From the human T2T-CHM13v2.0 reference genome, Homo sapiens, in NCBI RefSeq assembly GCF_009914755.1, contig NC_060939.1: a DNA stretch of 64,000 nucleotides, one strand, 5' to 3'. Below, one piece after another: positions 1 to 14,871 of the stretch. Made by a program: the position numbers and the translations under genes. Under the pieces are notes generated by a model, which had not been told where the DNA came from, searched no databases, and was given only the letters and a program-made list of their open reading frames with translations. Position 1 is the stretch's first letter. Each line of letters begins with the position of its first letter.

Positions 1-136
1 CCCCAGTGGGAGGATGTGTGGCTAGCAGTGATGTTGTCCACCAAAAGTGGGTCTTCCCAGATCTGCGAAGCGTAATTTTCAGTTGCAACACCATCCTCTT
101 TATACTTGAGGCTTATATATATCATACGTGTGTGTG

Positions 137-1844
137 TGTATAATGGGGAAAAAAACCACAAATGAAGCAAACTGTCTGTTTTCTTCTACTGTACTCGATA
201 CTCATCACAACACAGAACACTCTGGTCACCAAAATGTGTGTGTGTTTTTTTCCCCCAAATATCCTGACCAGTTCTCCAGCAGACACCAACTGGATGTCCT
301 GTAATTCAATTCAATTCTGACACTATCTACCTGGAGTTAAAAGTCAGATCCCACAGGTTAAGGGCTCAGTCCCACAAGACTGCCCCCCATTTCAGACGCC
401 AGTCATAAGCCCAGACCTTTGGTAATTCTGACCAATTGGCTATAAACTGGGGGAGGGATCTTGTAACCCTCTCTTTGGGATTGATCATTTGCCGCAATGG
501 CTCACAGAACTCTGGGAAACATGTATATTTTCTGGCTTATTACTTAATCAAGGATATGATAAGGGATAGGTAAGAGGCACACAGGACGAGGTTTGGAAGG
601 ATCCTGAGCACAGCAAATTCCCTCCCTGTGGAGTTGGGATGCACCACCCACCCAGCACATGGATGCCTTCTTATTTACAAGCCCAGAGGCTCTCTGAACC
701 CCATACTTCAGGATTTCTTTGTGATATGGACAGGAGGTGGGGAAATATTGGGTAGAAGAGGGTGGTTGCCTGGGAAAGGCCCCACCCTCAAGTCTGGAAA
801 CTGCAGCCCGAGGTGAAAACAGTTATCCCTGTTTCCTGCCCAAATGTTGCCTTTTTTGGCCCTCCCTGCCCCCCATCCTGTGCCCATATAAACCCCAGAC
901 CTCAGCTGGCAAAGAAGCAAGCAGCTGAACATTGAGAGGAGAAGAAGCAACTGAGCATCTGAGACTAGGGAGAGACACAACTTAACCTCAGATGGCATGA
1001 CTTCAGAGAGGAGCCTGGCCGGAGATGGCTGGGCTTCAGGGAAGGACCATTTTCTTCCCACACAATCCCCTTCACAGCCCACCTTCTGCTGAGAGCCACT
1101 TCCACCACTTAATAAAATCCTCCACATTCATCACCTTTCAAACTGTTTGTGTGACCTGGTTCTTCCTGCATGCTGAACAAGAGCCTGAGTACCAAGAGGG
1201 CAGGGTGTAAAAGGCTGTCGCACTCACTCTCCACTGAGCTGGTTCACACTTAGCCATCTGTGGATGGCAAGTGCTAAAACAGCATTAATTGTAACACACC
1301 CCTAGATGCTGCTTTGGGGCCGGAGCCCAAAAGTGCTTGCCCAGCCTCGGCACCCGCTCACCTGCCTGCTCCCACTCCCACAAGGGGTTTGAGCTGGGCG
1401 GCAGCCGAGTAAGTGAGCCACACCCCTGTCACAAGTCCCGTGAAGGGGTCAAGGGAACTCTCCCGTCTCATTTGGAGGCTTCATCATGTAGGCATGATTG
1501 ATTATTAATTCATTCTTCAGCTTCTCTCCCCTTTCTAGAGGACCGGGGGTGGGGCTGAAAGCTCCAAGCTTCTAAACACGGCTGGGTTCTTCTGGTGATC
1601 AGCCCCCATCCAGGACTCCACCGAGAGAGTCACCTCATTAGAACAAAAGATGCTCCTGTCTCCTAGTAAATTCCAAGGGGTTAGGAGCATTATGTCAGGA
1701 ACCTGGGTCAAAGACCAAACATTAGAACAAAAGATGCATCTAGTACCCCTATCAGTCAGCAAATTACAAAGGTTTAGGAGCTCCATTTTGGGAAATGGGG
1801 ATGAAAGCCAAAACACACATTTCTTACTATGCATCACAATGTCA
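137..1844 (-). mobile_element. MER21-family solo LTR, split by a nested LTR at 722-1470
   Basis: Reverse MER21 motifs (ctacctggagtt..gtcagatcccacaggttaagggctcagtcccacaagactgcccc; ggaggcttcatcatgtaggcatgattgatt; gagtcacctcattagaacaaaaga) are colinear on both sides of the insert. Ends approximate. Confidence 0.8.
722..1470 (+). mobile_element. ERV1 solo LTR, LTR1/LTR27/LTR28-like
   Basis: TG...CA termini (tgatatggacaggagg...cccgtctca); 4-bp TSD TTTG at 718-721 and 1471-1474; TATA-like tataaa near 887; AATAAA at 1111-1116. Confidence 0.85.
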
Positions 1845-2539
1845 TAATATATAAACATAAGTATGTATGTTTATGTCTCACCATTTTTGATGTGTAGCAT
1901 TTAAGGGTGTATTTATGAACACAGAGCTCTCCTGGTGCTTTAGCTAGATGCACTACTGGCAAGGCCATTCCTCATGGGAAGACAATGCAGGTTGTGCCCA
2001 GGTATCCTGACTCCAGCTTTCCAGAGCTGCAGTTGTCAAATTCTCCTGATTGGTCAATAAACATTGTGAAATGGGATTAAAAGTTAACCAGTCAGCTGTG
2101 CCTCTGCTGTTCCATTCCCTGCCTCATTAAATAGGTTTCCGGGTTTGTCCAGTTTTCTCCCCTCCCTGCCCTGTGAGTGGGATCCTGAGTTCACAGTCCA
2201 GCTTAGTGTGGATTTATCATGTAAAATCTGGAGAAAAGAGAAGGAGGGAAAGGATAGAGGTGCAGGGCTCTAGGCTTGGGAGTGGAGTTTTGTAGAGAAT
2301 TTCAAAACAAAGGGGATAAAGGCAATGGGGTGGGAAGGGAAGTGGAAGAGAGAAACAAGCCACCTCTATGTATTCAATAAATACAAATAAAACACTTGAG
2401 TTTTTCCAAAATTACTTCTTTTGTCTGCTGCGTTTTTTGGAGATGATCCTGTTCTGAGACTAGACTATATGAATTATTGTTTTATTTGTATGTATATTCT
2501 ATTAATTTCTGGTTTATGAATATATGTGTAGATGATAAA

Positions 2540-2800
2540 CAGGACAAAATGGTATATCCTGAAAAGTAAGCCTCTCTCCCATCTCTGACCATGAGTTGCC
2601 CAGTTCTCTTTCCCTGATGCAACCATGTTATCAGTTTCTTGTGTATGCTTCCAGTAATAGTTGATACATAGAAAACGTGTATATAAGTAACTCCTAGCCT
2701 TAAAAAAAAAGGGTAGGATATTATATCCATGGTTCAGAAGCTTGCTTTTAAAATTTAAAAACATACCTGAAAATCTTCTATAGTAATATATAGTTTATAT
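2540..2800 (-). mobile_element. Ancient L1ME-type 3' fragment
   Basis: Degenerate similarity to the antisense L1M 3' end (ttccctgatgcaaccatgttatcagtttcttgtgtatgcttcca). Confidence 0.45.
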
Positions 2801-3084
2801 ACAATATATAAACATTTGCATCATTAAAAATGTTAATCATACCTTTATAAGCATCACAGATGCGTGAATGAAAAAGTGCCGTGTGGTTATTGTAAGCAGT
2901 AGCCACATTTTAATGCAGTGTGTCGTCAGAGATTGCTGCCTAGTGGTTCCCATCTGCCTGCTTGCTGTTCAGGGCTCCTCACTGTGTTTCCGCACCTTGT
3001 AGGTAGATGCAATCCAGGGGGTGGGCAAATGTAGTGAGAGGAGTGAGATATCTGAGCTCTGTCAGGCAGAATGGAATGTTCTGA

Positions 3085-3742
<658 letters not shown>

Positions 3743-5094
3743 TCGAGTACCCTATCTTGAACTCATTCATACAACGTACACATAATGGAAGGCTAAAAAA
3801 GCTATTTTTCATAATCTCTGGGGTAAAGTGAAATAGTTTTCTCAAGTGTGTCTAAGTGACCATGGAGACAAAACTCAGTTATCGCTGTTTCCAATCTCCT
3901 CTCTGGACATGGCCCTTTACATAGTGGTTATTCGAACCTCAAGCCTAGGACACCCACGTAAAAAAACCCAGCCATTTTCCTTTTAATATCTGTGGTAGAA
4001 CTTGGGCATTCATTTTTTCAATTATAGTTGGGGAAAAAAAAGAAAATTACAAGACCAGAGAGATGAAAGAGATTCCCCATAAGACACTTTTATTTATTTA
4101 TTCAGCCTCTTCTCATCTCCTTTCTCCATCTAGATCTCCCTCCTTACTACCACTTCAGCTGAGAAAGTAATTATAGACAACACCAAAGAGCATATAAACA
4201 CTTCCAAATTCCTGTTATAAATGAGCCTTTAGGAAGTAAAGAGCTTTGCAACAGTTAAAAAAAATCTCTGAACCTGGCTGGGATGTCAGGACTAAGGATT
4301 TGATCCATAAAAAGTTCCTAAACAGCCCCACGGAAATTGTAACCATATGTTTACAATGTTAAAATGCATATTTGAATTGAGATAAATCTGGCATCCAATG
4401 CATATGCCATTGATGCAAATAAAGCATTTTCTCATAAATACAATTTACTTAAATGAGGAAGCGAGTTAGATGTGGTGGGGTCTCAATGTTTCATTTTAGC
4501 AAATTGCCTTGAAGTGATACTATGATTTTAAAATTCGCTAGTGTGTCATTCTGCACCAGGTATCCACAGGCAGGCTGTCTCAATGGCTGTCAATACAAGG
4601 AGGACCTCCTTCCTTAGGCGTGACTGTACTTTGATTCTTCTGATTACAAGGAGATGTACATTTTAAGACATCTAGAGTCAGAGAGTAGCCAAAGGATTTT
4701 ATTCAGGTTTTGTTTCCTATCAAATACTATGTCACATTATCTTCAGACATTATCTGTTTTGTCAGATAATTCCTTATATAACGAGTTCCTCTGAATTTGG
4801 AACATGGCTCAAGCACTTCTGGGATTTTGAGCTGGTTTGCATATTGGCATCTACTCTGGGGATTTTGTCTGTAGCCCATTGTGGAGACCCAGCCTTTGTG
4901 GGGGCTGTCCGATGGTTATGCTGGAAGAAAGTGGAGTAACATTCTGACCCTGTTTAATACCCTCCTTAGGCTTTTCATCTATTCAATCATAACTTTCCTT
5001 TGCCTTATGTAGGATACCAAGGAGTAGGTTTTTCCCTCTGGTTTTTAGATTCATTTCTACCCATCCAGGTAAGTATCAAGCAAGAAGAATTTCT

Positions 5095-5645
5095 TTTTTT
5101 TTTTTTGATGTAATTTCTTTAATGTTTATTCTTCTATTACAAAGTTTGAAGAACTGTAAGAATCACATTTTGATCATTTCTTTTCAATACTATTTATTTT
5201 TTATCTGAGACCATTTAGTTTAATCATCTGCCTAAATCAAAATGTACAGGATAGGTCATTAGGTCTACTCGTTGTTCCATTAATCATCATTTTATTTTAT
5301 TTTTTATTTTATTTTTTTCTAGCTCTGTCATTTATTTGCTATGTAACCTCAGTCACATATGTTTTTATTTATTTATTTATTTATTATTATTATTATACTT
5401 TAAGTTTTAGGGTACATGTGCACAATGTGCAGGTTTGTTACATATGTATACATGTGCCATGTTGGTGTGCTGCACCCATTAACTCGTCATTTAGCATTAG
5501 GTATATCTCCTAATAATATCCCTCCCCCCTCTCCCCACCCCACAACAGTCCCCAGAGTGTGATGTTCCCCTTCCTGTGTCCATGTGTTCTCATTGTTCAA
5601 TTCCCACCTATGAGTGAGAACATGCGGTGTTTGGTTTTTTGTCCT
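5095..5645 (-). mobile_element. 5'-truncated L1PA2/PA3-like element carrying 3'-transduced sequence
   Basis: L1 3' UTR at ~5390-5645 (ttatactttaagttttagggtacatgtgcac...). Perfect 17-bp TSD AAGCAAGAAGAATTTCT at 5078-5094 and 5646-5662. Endonuclease-type site TTCT/AA. Confidence 0.93.
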
Positions 5646-6112
5646 AAGCAAGAAGAATTTCTAACCCAAATACATCCAGTGGGAAATCTCAAAATTTTAA
5701 TAGTTTCTTTTCCTAGAACAGGAATGTTTGCATGTTTTATATCTTTGTGTATTTTGAAGATGTACAGCAACCTTAGTAGTACTGTACTTTAAAACAGGAG
5801 TCCTACCTGCTCTGTGAGAAGGAAACACCAATATAAGATGAGGCCAAGGATATGGACCTCTATTTAGTGAAGTATCCCCAGGCTCTTCTCATACAAAAGT
5901 AGATTCTTTGGCATTCCACCCAGTAATCATGGGAAGCAAGAAAGGCTTCAGAGATGAATTGAACTGAGTACACAGCAGGCATTCCTGGTCTGATTCATAG
6001 GAACTTATTTTTGCTGGGTACAGTGGTATTTTTCAACATGTGTATCAATAGAAAATTTGAGTATAGTAAGGCCAACAGATCAAGAGGCAATTGCCATTGA
6101 AAAGATAGTTTA

Positions 6113-6418
<306 letters not shown>

Positions 6419-6423
6419 GAAAC

Positions 6424-6709
6424 GGGGCAACCCGCTCGGGTCCCCTTCCACACTGTGGAAGCTTTGTTCTTTCGCTCTTTGCGATAAATCTTGCTACTGC
6501 TCACTCTTTGGGCCCACGTTGCTTTTATGAGCTGTAACATTCACTGCGAAGATCTGCAGCTTCACTCCTGAGCCCAGCAAGACCACGAGCCCACTGGGAG
6601 GAACGAACAACTCCAGACGCGCCACCTTAAGAGCTGTAACACTACTGCAAGGGTTCGCGGCTTCATTCTTGAAGTCAGTGAGACCAAGAACCCACCAATT
6701 CCGGACACA
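6424..6709 (+). mobile_element. LTR12 (LTR12C-like, ERV9) R-U5 fragment with no U3
   Basis: Runs from ggcaacccgctcgggtccccttccac to ccaattccggacaca and aligns with 46331-46751 of the intact LTR12 in this window. Confidence 0.92.
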
Positions 6710-7011
6710 TTTTAGCTCAGATATAGTATTACATCACATTAATATACTTTAAATTTACTTATCCATATTCTCTCAGCTAACAGTAAAGATTTTAAAAATT
6801 AATAATCTAGTATAGATTAATGGTAAAGGGCAGAGAAGCTATATATTGATATCATGTCTTGGAAAGTAAAGTTTTAGGTAAGTTACCAAAATTTGAAATT
6901 CATATACCATTGAGCTGTGAAGTCCACATCTGGTAATCTATCCAAAAAAATACTTGTGCAGATATGGAGAAATTTACTAGGATGCTCTTTTAAAAAATAA
7001 TAAAATTATGT

Positions 7012-7049
7012 AAAAACAAACAAACAAACAAACAAACAAACAAACAAAC
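7012..7049 (+). repeat. (CAAA)n degenerate poly(A) tail
   Basis: Follows AATAAA at 6999-7004 and precedes the TSD copy at 7052-7066. Confidence 0.85.
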
Positions 7050-7650
7050 CCGAAAAGATAGTTTATCACTTGCAGTTCCCAAGAGGAAGGGACATGCCAT
7101 ACCACGGGGGCCTCATGGGGAAGCCCTGGGATGAGTCAGGAGGCAGAGGAAGAGGGGAGAACAGTGGGCAAGAGCCTTTGTTGTTTTCCTTGGGAAAAGC
7201 TTGGGTGAGGCAAGGTGAACTGACTTAGGATTGGCTAGTTTAATAATTTCAATGGGCTCTGAGGGATAGAGGCTATCCCTACCTGTCTGGTATTTGGCCA
7301 TAGGGTAATTAGGGCAGGGGTGTAGTAGCTTGGAGTGTGAGAGCCCAGTAAGAGGTGGTTTGGGGCTGTGAGCTCCGGGTTGGTTGTTTTTTATTTGAAA
7401 AGCATAACCTGGGAGGGGGACTTCTCCAGGTAAAGGGAGTGGGGGGGGTCAGTTGACAAGAGAGGCAGGAGGACAAGGCAACGTGACTGAGACATATTAT
7501 TGGGTTGTCTAGAATGAGGTGTGTTTGACATATGCATGTAGGACAGATATGAAAATGTCAAGTTTACAGAAGTTAGGCACGTGGTTAATATAAGTGGCTA
7601 AAAGCCAAGATTCTAGAATCAAACTGCTTGATTTCTTAATATGTAATAAT

Positions 7651-7992
<342 letters not shown>

Positions 7993-8004
7993 TTAAACAG
8001 GGCA

Positions 8005-8170
8005 CATTTTATAACCCATTTACTCCTTATAATAACTCAAGGGCACAGGTACTATTATCAGTCTCATTTTACATATGGGATAAGTGAGGCCCAGAGAGGT
8101 TAATATATGAAAGTGCTTAGAACAGTGTCTGACATCTAATAAATGCCAAATAAGTGTTTGCTACTATTAT
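8005..8170. mobile_element. MIR fragments in opposite orientations
   Basis: Antisense core (cattttacatatgggataagtgaggcccagagaggttaa) is followed by a sense 3' end (aaagtgcttagaacagtgtctgacat). Confidence 0.65.
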
Positions 8171-9942
8171 TCTATTATCATTCTTGGCATGTTTCAGGGA
8201 TCCAAGCCAGTCATGGTTAACCTGCTCACGCACATCTGATGGGTAAAGCTTGTGCCTCTGCAATTTGAATGATTTGGATTACAGAGTCAAGTTCATGTTC
8301 TTTTTTGGCAGGGGGATGCCCAACTATACAACAAAGAGTTGCCAAACATTTCTCTGGAGCAAATAAATGGTGTGATGGATGGAACTAACTGGATCACCAA
8401 CCTGTGAGAGATGGCTGGTTCACTGGCCTTGGCCTCCTCGGGCCATGACATTAATTCACTGGGTAAGGCTCTGGTGGCCCAGCCAGAGATTCTTCCTTTG
8501 CTGCTTCCAAGTGAGAAGCTCTTCCCTCTGGCCTTGGCCTGGAAACTGAACTCACTTTCCTTTGAGCTCCTCCACCCTCCAAAGTCAAGTCTTAACAAAA
8601 CAACATATTCCCCATGCAGGCTCTTAGAGTACAACAAAACCTGCTAAACTGTGGTCTTGAGGATGTCATGAATGGAACAAGATGGACATCTCTCATGGTG
8701 TGCTGAAAGACAAGTAGTGCACAGATGCAAGTGTGCATTAGGCAAACACAGTATCAAAGTGTGGAATTTAGGACCCAAATCTCAGTTCTGATTGCTTGAC
8801 CTAGCGTATCCTTGGCCTTTTGTCCTTATTCGGCTCTCCAGGAAGTCTTAGAAGTGTTCTGAAATGCTGCTTCTCTTTGTTTCAGTTGAGTCACATGGAC
8901 AATCTTTGACTACTCAGGAAGCACAGCCTTTCTGACCAACCACCTCTGATAACTTAATAACTTTTTTCTCCTCTAACCATCATCTTTGTTACCATTGCTG
9001 TTTGGGAATGAAAGATACTTTTAGGTTTCCTGGGCATGCTGCTTGCTTATCTAACCGAACATGTACATATTAACCCGACTACATGGCCCACTGACTTCGC
9101 ACTTCAATATTGTTCAGCTGATAGTTGGGTTCAGTGGGTGGAGGAAATGGGTAAAAGGATGTCATTTTCAGCAGGAACAACTGAAGCAATTTGGATGACT
9201 TGTATTTCTGTGTTCAAACAGTATAGGCTAAACCCTCCTCTGCACAAGCTCACAGATAACAGGGTGAGTGATCCTGAGGGGACTGCTCTAGGATAACAAT
9301 GTTTCACTGATCTGATTACAAGGAATTCTTGACAAAGAATAATCAGGACAATAGAAGTTGTTTCCAGCAACTACTAATGTAGTAATCACTCTTCCCGATG
9401 AAAGTACCAAATTGTTCTGCAAACCGGTGAGCTGAGCTCTGTGGAAACAGATCACATACCTTTGAGAGGCATAACTTCAGAGCAGCTGGTAACACCCCTA
9501 GTTTTATTTCCTCCACAGCAATGTTTTAAACAAAGGTGTCCTGGCTCCTAGTTCCTGTGGAGGAGTTCTTCAACCTAGTTCTTCAGAAGGCATAAAAAGA
9601 AGCAATGAGCCAAAAACAAACCCAAAAACCTCTCTTTAAAAAGAGCAAAAGAGATCTTGTACCTAGCCTATGAAATTATTCTTGACTTGGGGAGGCCATT
9701 AGTTCTGGGACTCAATGTGTGAAGATGGCTTAGAACATATAAAAAAATGCCTTTCTTGTGTTGCTACAATATTAACATTTGCAACCCCTTGGCAATCTTT
9801 TTTAAGATTCACAAGCCTGGATTGAAGTCCAAGTTCTACTCTAGCTAGCTGGGCGAACTTTAGCAAACCATTGATTTTCCTTGGAGGTCTAATTCCTTCA
9901 TCAAGCATTCATTTAACTTAAACACTTTTAAAAAAATAAAAT

Positions 9943-10380
9943 TGAAACCAGCTCAATTGTCCCATAGAACTGTTGTTTATGGTTTTTTTTGAATAAACAT
10001 AGAAATTGACTCCCCCCACCCCCGTCATAAAACTTGAGAAAGTTGTATTTGTCTTATCTGAGTTTTCTCAGGAAACCAATCATCAGGCCTCCCAGATAGT
10101 ATGAAGGAACTGAAACTCGCCAGACGACCACATCCAGACAACTGGAAGCCAAAGCCCTCATTGCTCATGATTTCCTTACTCCTCCCTAATTCCTGTTTAC
10201 CTGCATGCAGTTACAGTTTTTCCCTGCTATATAAACACTCAGTTTTAGACAGTCAGGGAGATGGATTTGAGACTGATATTTTATTTTCCTCAGCTGTAGC
10301 ACCCAAATAAATCCTTCTTCCATGGCAATACTCATTGTCTCAGTGATTGGCTTTCTGTGTGCTGAGCAATAGGACCTAGA
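9943..10380 (+). mobile_element. LTR47-like ERVL solo LTR
   Basis: tgaaaccagctcaattgtcccatagaactg start; ctatataaa TATA near 10228; ggcaatactcattgtctcagtgattggctttctgtg near the 3' end. Confidence 0.8.
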
Positions 10381-10458
10381 TTTTGTGATTACCTCTATAC
10401 TTCCAAGTTGGGAGTCAAAGCACAAAAAAGAGTTTGCTTTACATTTTTGTACTCTTAT

Positions 10459-10980
10459 TGTGTCCAGTGTTTGTTCCTTCTGGTGGCTTCGTGGTCTCGC
10501 TGACTTCAAGAATGAAGCCGTGGACCTTCGCGGAGAGTGTTACAGCTGTTAAAGGTGGCACGGACCCAAAAAGTAAGCAGCAGTAAGATTTATTGTGAAG
10601 AGCGAAAGAACGGAGCTGCCACAGCATGGAAGGGGATCCGAGAGGGTTGCCACTGCTGGCTGGGGTGGTCAGCTTTTATTCCCTCATTCGTCCCCAGCCA
10701 TGTCCTGCTGATTGGTCCATTTTACAGAGTGCTGATTGGTCCATTTTACAGAGTGCTGATTGGTCCATTTTACAAACCTCTAGCTAGCTACAGAGGGCTG
10801 ATTGGTGCATTTTTACAGAGCACTGATTGGTGCATTTTACAAACCTCTAGCTAGGTACAGAGTGCCGATTAGTGTGTTTTTACAGAGCACTGATTGATAC
10901 ATTTTACAAACCACTTGTAAGACAGAAAAGTTCTCTGAGTCCCCACTCGACCCAGGAAGTCCAGCTGGCTTCACCTCTCA
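10459..10980 (-). mobile_element. LTR12F-like ERV9 solo LTR (522 bp)
   Basis: Minus-strand TGAGAGGTGAAGCC...GGACACA termini; 4-bp TSD TTAT at 10455-10458 and 10981-10984; tandem CCAAT units. Confidence 0.93.
10645..10900 (-). promoter_or_regulatory. LTR12F promoter (CCAAT/NF-Y array plus AATAAA TATA-like box), firing leftward
   Basis: Five intact ATTGG on + between 10711 and 10830; TTTATT at 10675-10680; R-region start near 10651. Activity is not shown by the sequence. Confidence 0.6.
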
Positions 10981-13826
10981 TTATTATGATGAAAACGAAA
11001 AAGCTTATGAATATACCATCTTGATGGTTTACAGTCATTTAATACAGTCCAGAATTGGCAACCAGCCTTTTTTGTCTGTGTTCAAAGGAAAACAGTCTAC
11101 TACACTTTTTATTTAAATTACAAAAATCACCCACTCTATAAGTTTACTAAGGAACCAGGCTACCCTCTCTAGCCTGAAATTCAATATTTGAAATTGGGGC
11201 TATAATGGAAAATTACAGCAATTGAACAAAAAGTTTCATGTTACTATTATTACCCCTTTAAACTGTCCTCAGACAGTTCAGTGATGCTTTTTAGAAGTGG
11301 CAGCCAACTTTGAGTCTTGTCTCAATCTTTATTTGAAGTCATAAAATGTGACATTATAAATTCAGAAATTAAACAGCATTGCTAATACAGAAGCACTTCT
11401 GAAGGTGGTGCATGCATGCTAATTATCATCCTTAAAATAATCCCCTAGACACCAAACATTTTCTGAAATAGCTCAGTTATAATAAATACATCTGCAAATC
11501 ATCTTTTATGGGCATGATTCATGTGTGCACACATTTTTGACAGTGCGATAATATGTAGGGAGTAGGAGTACATTTCCATTCTTTCTGAACATTTCTGGCC
11601 ACCAGAGAGAACTAGGTAGTCCTGGTGAATGTCGAGTACCTTACATCTTTGGTATTCTATAATAGATAAGAGGTGGATTCATGAATTAGTAACTTTATTT
11701 CTCTGAGACATACAATGTCCCAATTTGAAGAACTTGTTTTACTTACACACTGGGATTGTCTTGGGCACATGTGGAATTGGGGTTTCCCACTTTATTCTGT
11801 TTGAAGACACAGGAGAGCCCTCAGCTCTGTTTTGCCTATCTACTTGAACTTCTGAAATTTTATAGTTAGACGTGCAGTACTTGGATAAAGAGACTATCCA
11901 CATCCACACAGGTGTCTTCTTTTTAAAATGCACTTACTGTGCAGGATGAGATCTAAAATACAGATATCTTGACATACAGATATCTAGGTAAGAAACACCT
12001 GCAAGGGGCACTACATTAATCTGTCAGACAATAAAATCTTAGTATAAATAAATTTTCAAAAGTTAGAACAAATGAATAATTGATGGACAATGACTCTTAG
12101 CCTTGAAGATTATATTGCTTTGAGGATTCTGAGTTCTGTCTTCCACTAAGAGTATCTATCATGGGTTTGGAGAGAAGAAACTATGGCATTCACGTGAATT
12201 TTTGGTGCACAAGACCTAGATATTTTGGTAATGGATGAATAGTTTATTTTTAAATAAAAATTGGGACAAAAAGTCTGGCAAGAAGTTTTTTTGTTGTTTC
12301 TGGGTCTAAGAGGGAATAAAAGAGACAAAATTTAGATGTGGACATAATGCAACTTCCAGCATAATTTTATGATTTATAGGAACAATTGAATATTTAAATT
12401 GAAGACTACTCTGAAAAATTTCATGGTTAAGAAAGTATGCTAGCTTAGCTGGGGCCACAGCAGTAAAGGAGTGGACATTCTGAGGCAAGGATGGTGAAAG
12501 GGAGGGAAGGAAGGAGCCTTTCAGCTGTGACAGTGTCAGGGAAGTACAGGCAGGGGCAGGTGAATCAGTTGTTATCTGAAATGCTTATGTTGAGACACAT
12601 CCCATTGCAGCCCCTAAAATGGTTCACAAGTTGGCTTCTGTCCCCATGTAGGCAAAATTTCCACTATTCAGGCTGTGAAGGGAGTTGTCTCCTCCAGAGA
12701 GACCCTGCCCTTTAAAAGAACACAAATGATTTTATTATGGATAACCAAATTAGAGATAACACTGTTAACCCCATCTGAGAAAACCAAACCAAAACAAACC
12801 AAAGCTGGAGGGGCAGGAGTGGTCATGTGAAATGATTTTCTTCTTATTAATTTCTTGGGTCATTTAGAAACTTGCAAAATTTTGAACCACTCATCCCTGG
12901 TCCTTGGCTTCACTAGGCTATCGCTGAATTTCCCTGGTACACATTTCTTTTTTTCTAGTCATCCAGGGATGCCATTTTAGTGCAGAGCAGAGCCAAGAAG
13001 GTCCTGCATGCTAAATATCAAAAACAGTCCCCAGGAGTTATCACAAACCTCCTTGCAGGTTTGTGTCTTTGGGAGGAGAAGAAATAAAGCGGCTATCTCC
13101 ACGTTAGCCATTGACTTTCATGTCTCCCTTCTTTACTTCCTCCTGGGCTACTGACCCTAGTGACCCATCAAAGCCTGGGTGCAATGTTACCTGGCATTCT
13201 TCTTGCTTTTTTCCTATGGGTGCTCAGGCCAGCAGCTGGCACTATTTGCCCCAAGTACTTAGCTTGTCCCAACATTCTGACGCCATGCTCATAGCTGATG
13301 CTACATGAGTGAGTGCATAGGGAGGCACGATTGTGCTAGCTAGGCCATCCACTGGTCTCAGAGTCCTTAGAGAACACTCTTCAGCTTCTGTTTGGCTTCT
13401 TGTCCTCCTGATCAGAGGAATGACCCCTCCTCTCTCAGATGGTTCCTTGCTCTGGAAAGAATGGAGAACTAACATCAAAATCGGATGATTATTCACCCCT
13501 TGGGATTCTGACTTGAAGAATTTCTTAGGTTGGAGGTGGTAGGTATTGGTGCAGGCAGTCTTTCGTTTTCTGTCTCCTCGGCAGAAGACATCAGATGTTT
13601 GGTCTTCTCCAAGAAGGGTGGCTGGGGAAAATTAGTGCAGCCTTCTGAATAGGTGTATGATTGATTTGGTGGTGCTAGCTCTTGATTCTACTTACAATGC
13701 CTATAATTTTTGAAAAATCTTCTACCTTCCAGTAAAGAAAAATTCCATTTCCCACACTGAAATTATCTTCTACTTCTCATTTATGATGCTGTAGTTTTCC
13801 ACCCCCCCGTTCCACTCCCTAACTTC

Positions 13827-14155
<329 letters not shown>

Positions 14156-14659
14156 CACTCTCCAACTTCTTATGTCCATTTTCCTAGGCCACTTCTAGAG
14201 ATGATAGCACATAGATCTCAAAATAGTTTTAAAATCTTGAGTTATTAGTTTAAAACAGCATTAGGAGAACTTACAAGTACTTACTCTGTCATAACCTGGT
14301 TCAGCTTGTCCCAGGCTCTGTGCCATCGTGGAATCCTTTCTGTTTCCTCCTAAGTCATTTGGTCTCTCCTTTCGCCTTGTCTGAATCAGGTCTGCCCTCA
14401 ATGCCAAGTCAACACCTGCCTCCCTTTCTCAGGGTACAGTCAGAATGTAGATTATGTCTCAATTCAAGTATGCCTTGAGAACGAGATTTCCATAGAGTAA
14501 AAAAAAAAAAAAATCACTGTGAAAGAGATAATGGGAAAAGAAGATGAACAGCTGCCTCTCTTGGGGTGGGGAAGAGAAAGAGAAATCAGAAAACATACAT
14601 GGGAGAAAACTACTTTTTTAAGAGTTGGCTTTTCTCAGATGATAAGTAGTTTTATGAAA

Positions 14660-14871
14660 CGAGTTTACTTGAAATCACATGGCCTTGGTTCAAACTTTGG
14701 CTCTACTACTTATTGCTGTGTGACTTTGGACAAGTCACTTAACCTCTCTGGTCTCAGGTTTTTTGATATTGCCTCAGGACAATAATATCCGATTTTTGGG
14801 AGGTTGTGAGAATTCAAGTTTCAAGTGTTGAGAACAGTGCTTGACACGTAGTAACTACTCAACAAACATTA
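14660..14871 (+). mobile_element. MIR
   Basis: Core ggctctactacttattgctgtgtgactttggacaagtcacttaacctctct and 3' end agaacagtgcttgacacgtagtaactactcaacaaa. Confidence 0.8.

Noticed and set aside
1635-1800. Repeated cattagaacaaaagatgc unit
   Set aside because: Internal repeat typical of MER21 subfamily ends.
6710-6720. TTTT after the LTR12 end as the start of an ERV9 primer-binding site
   Set aside because: Only four bases agree; the following sequence is not PBS or ERV9 internal sequence.
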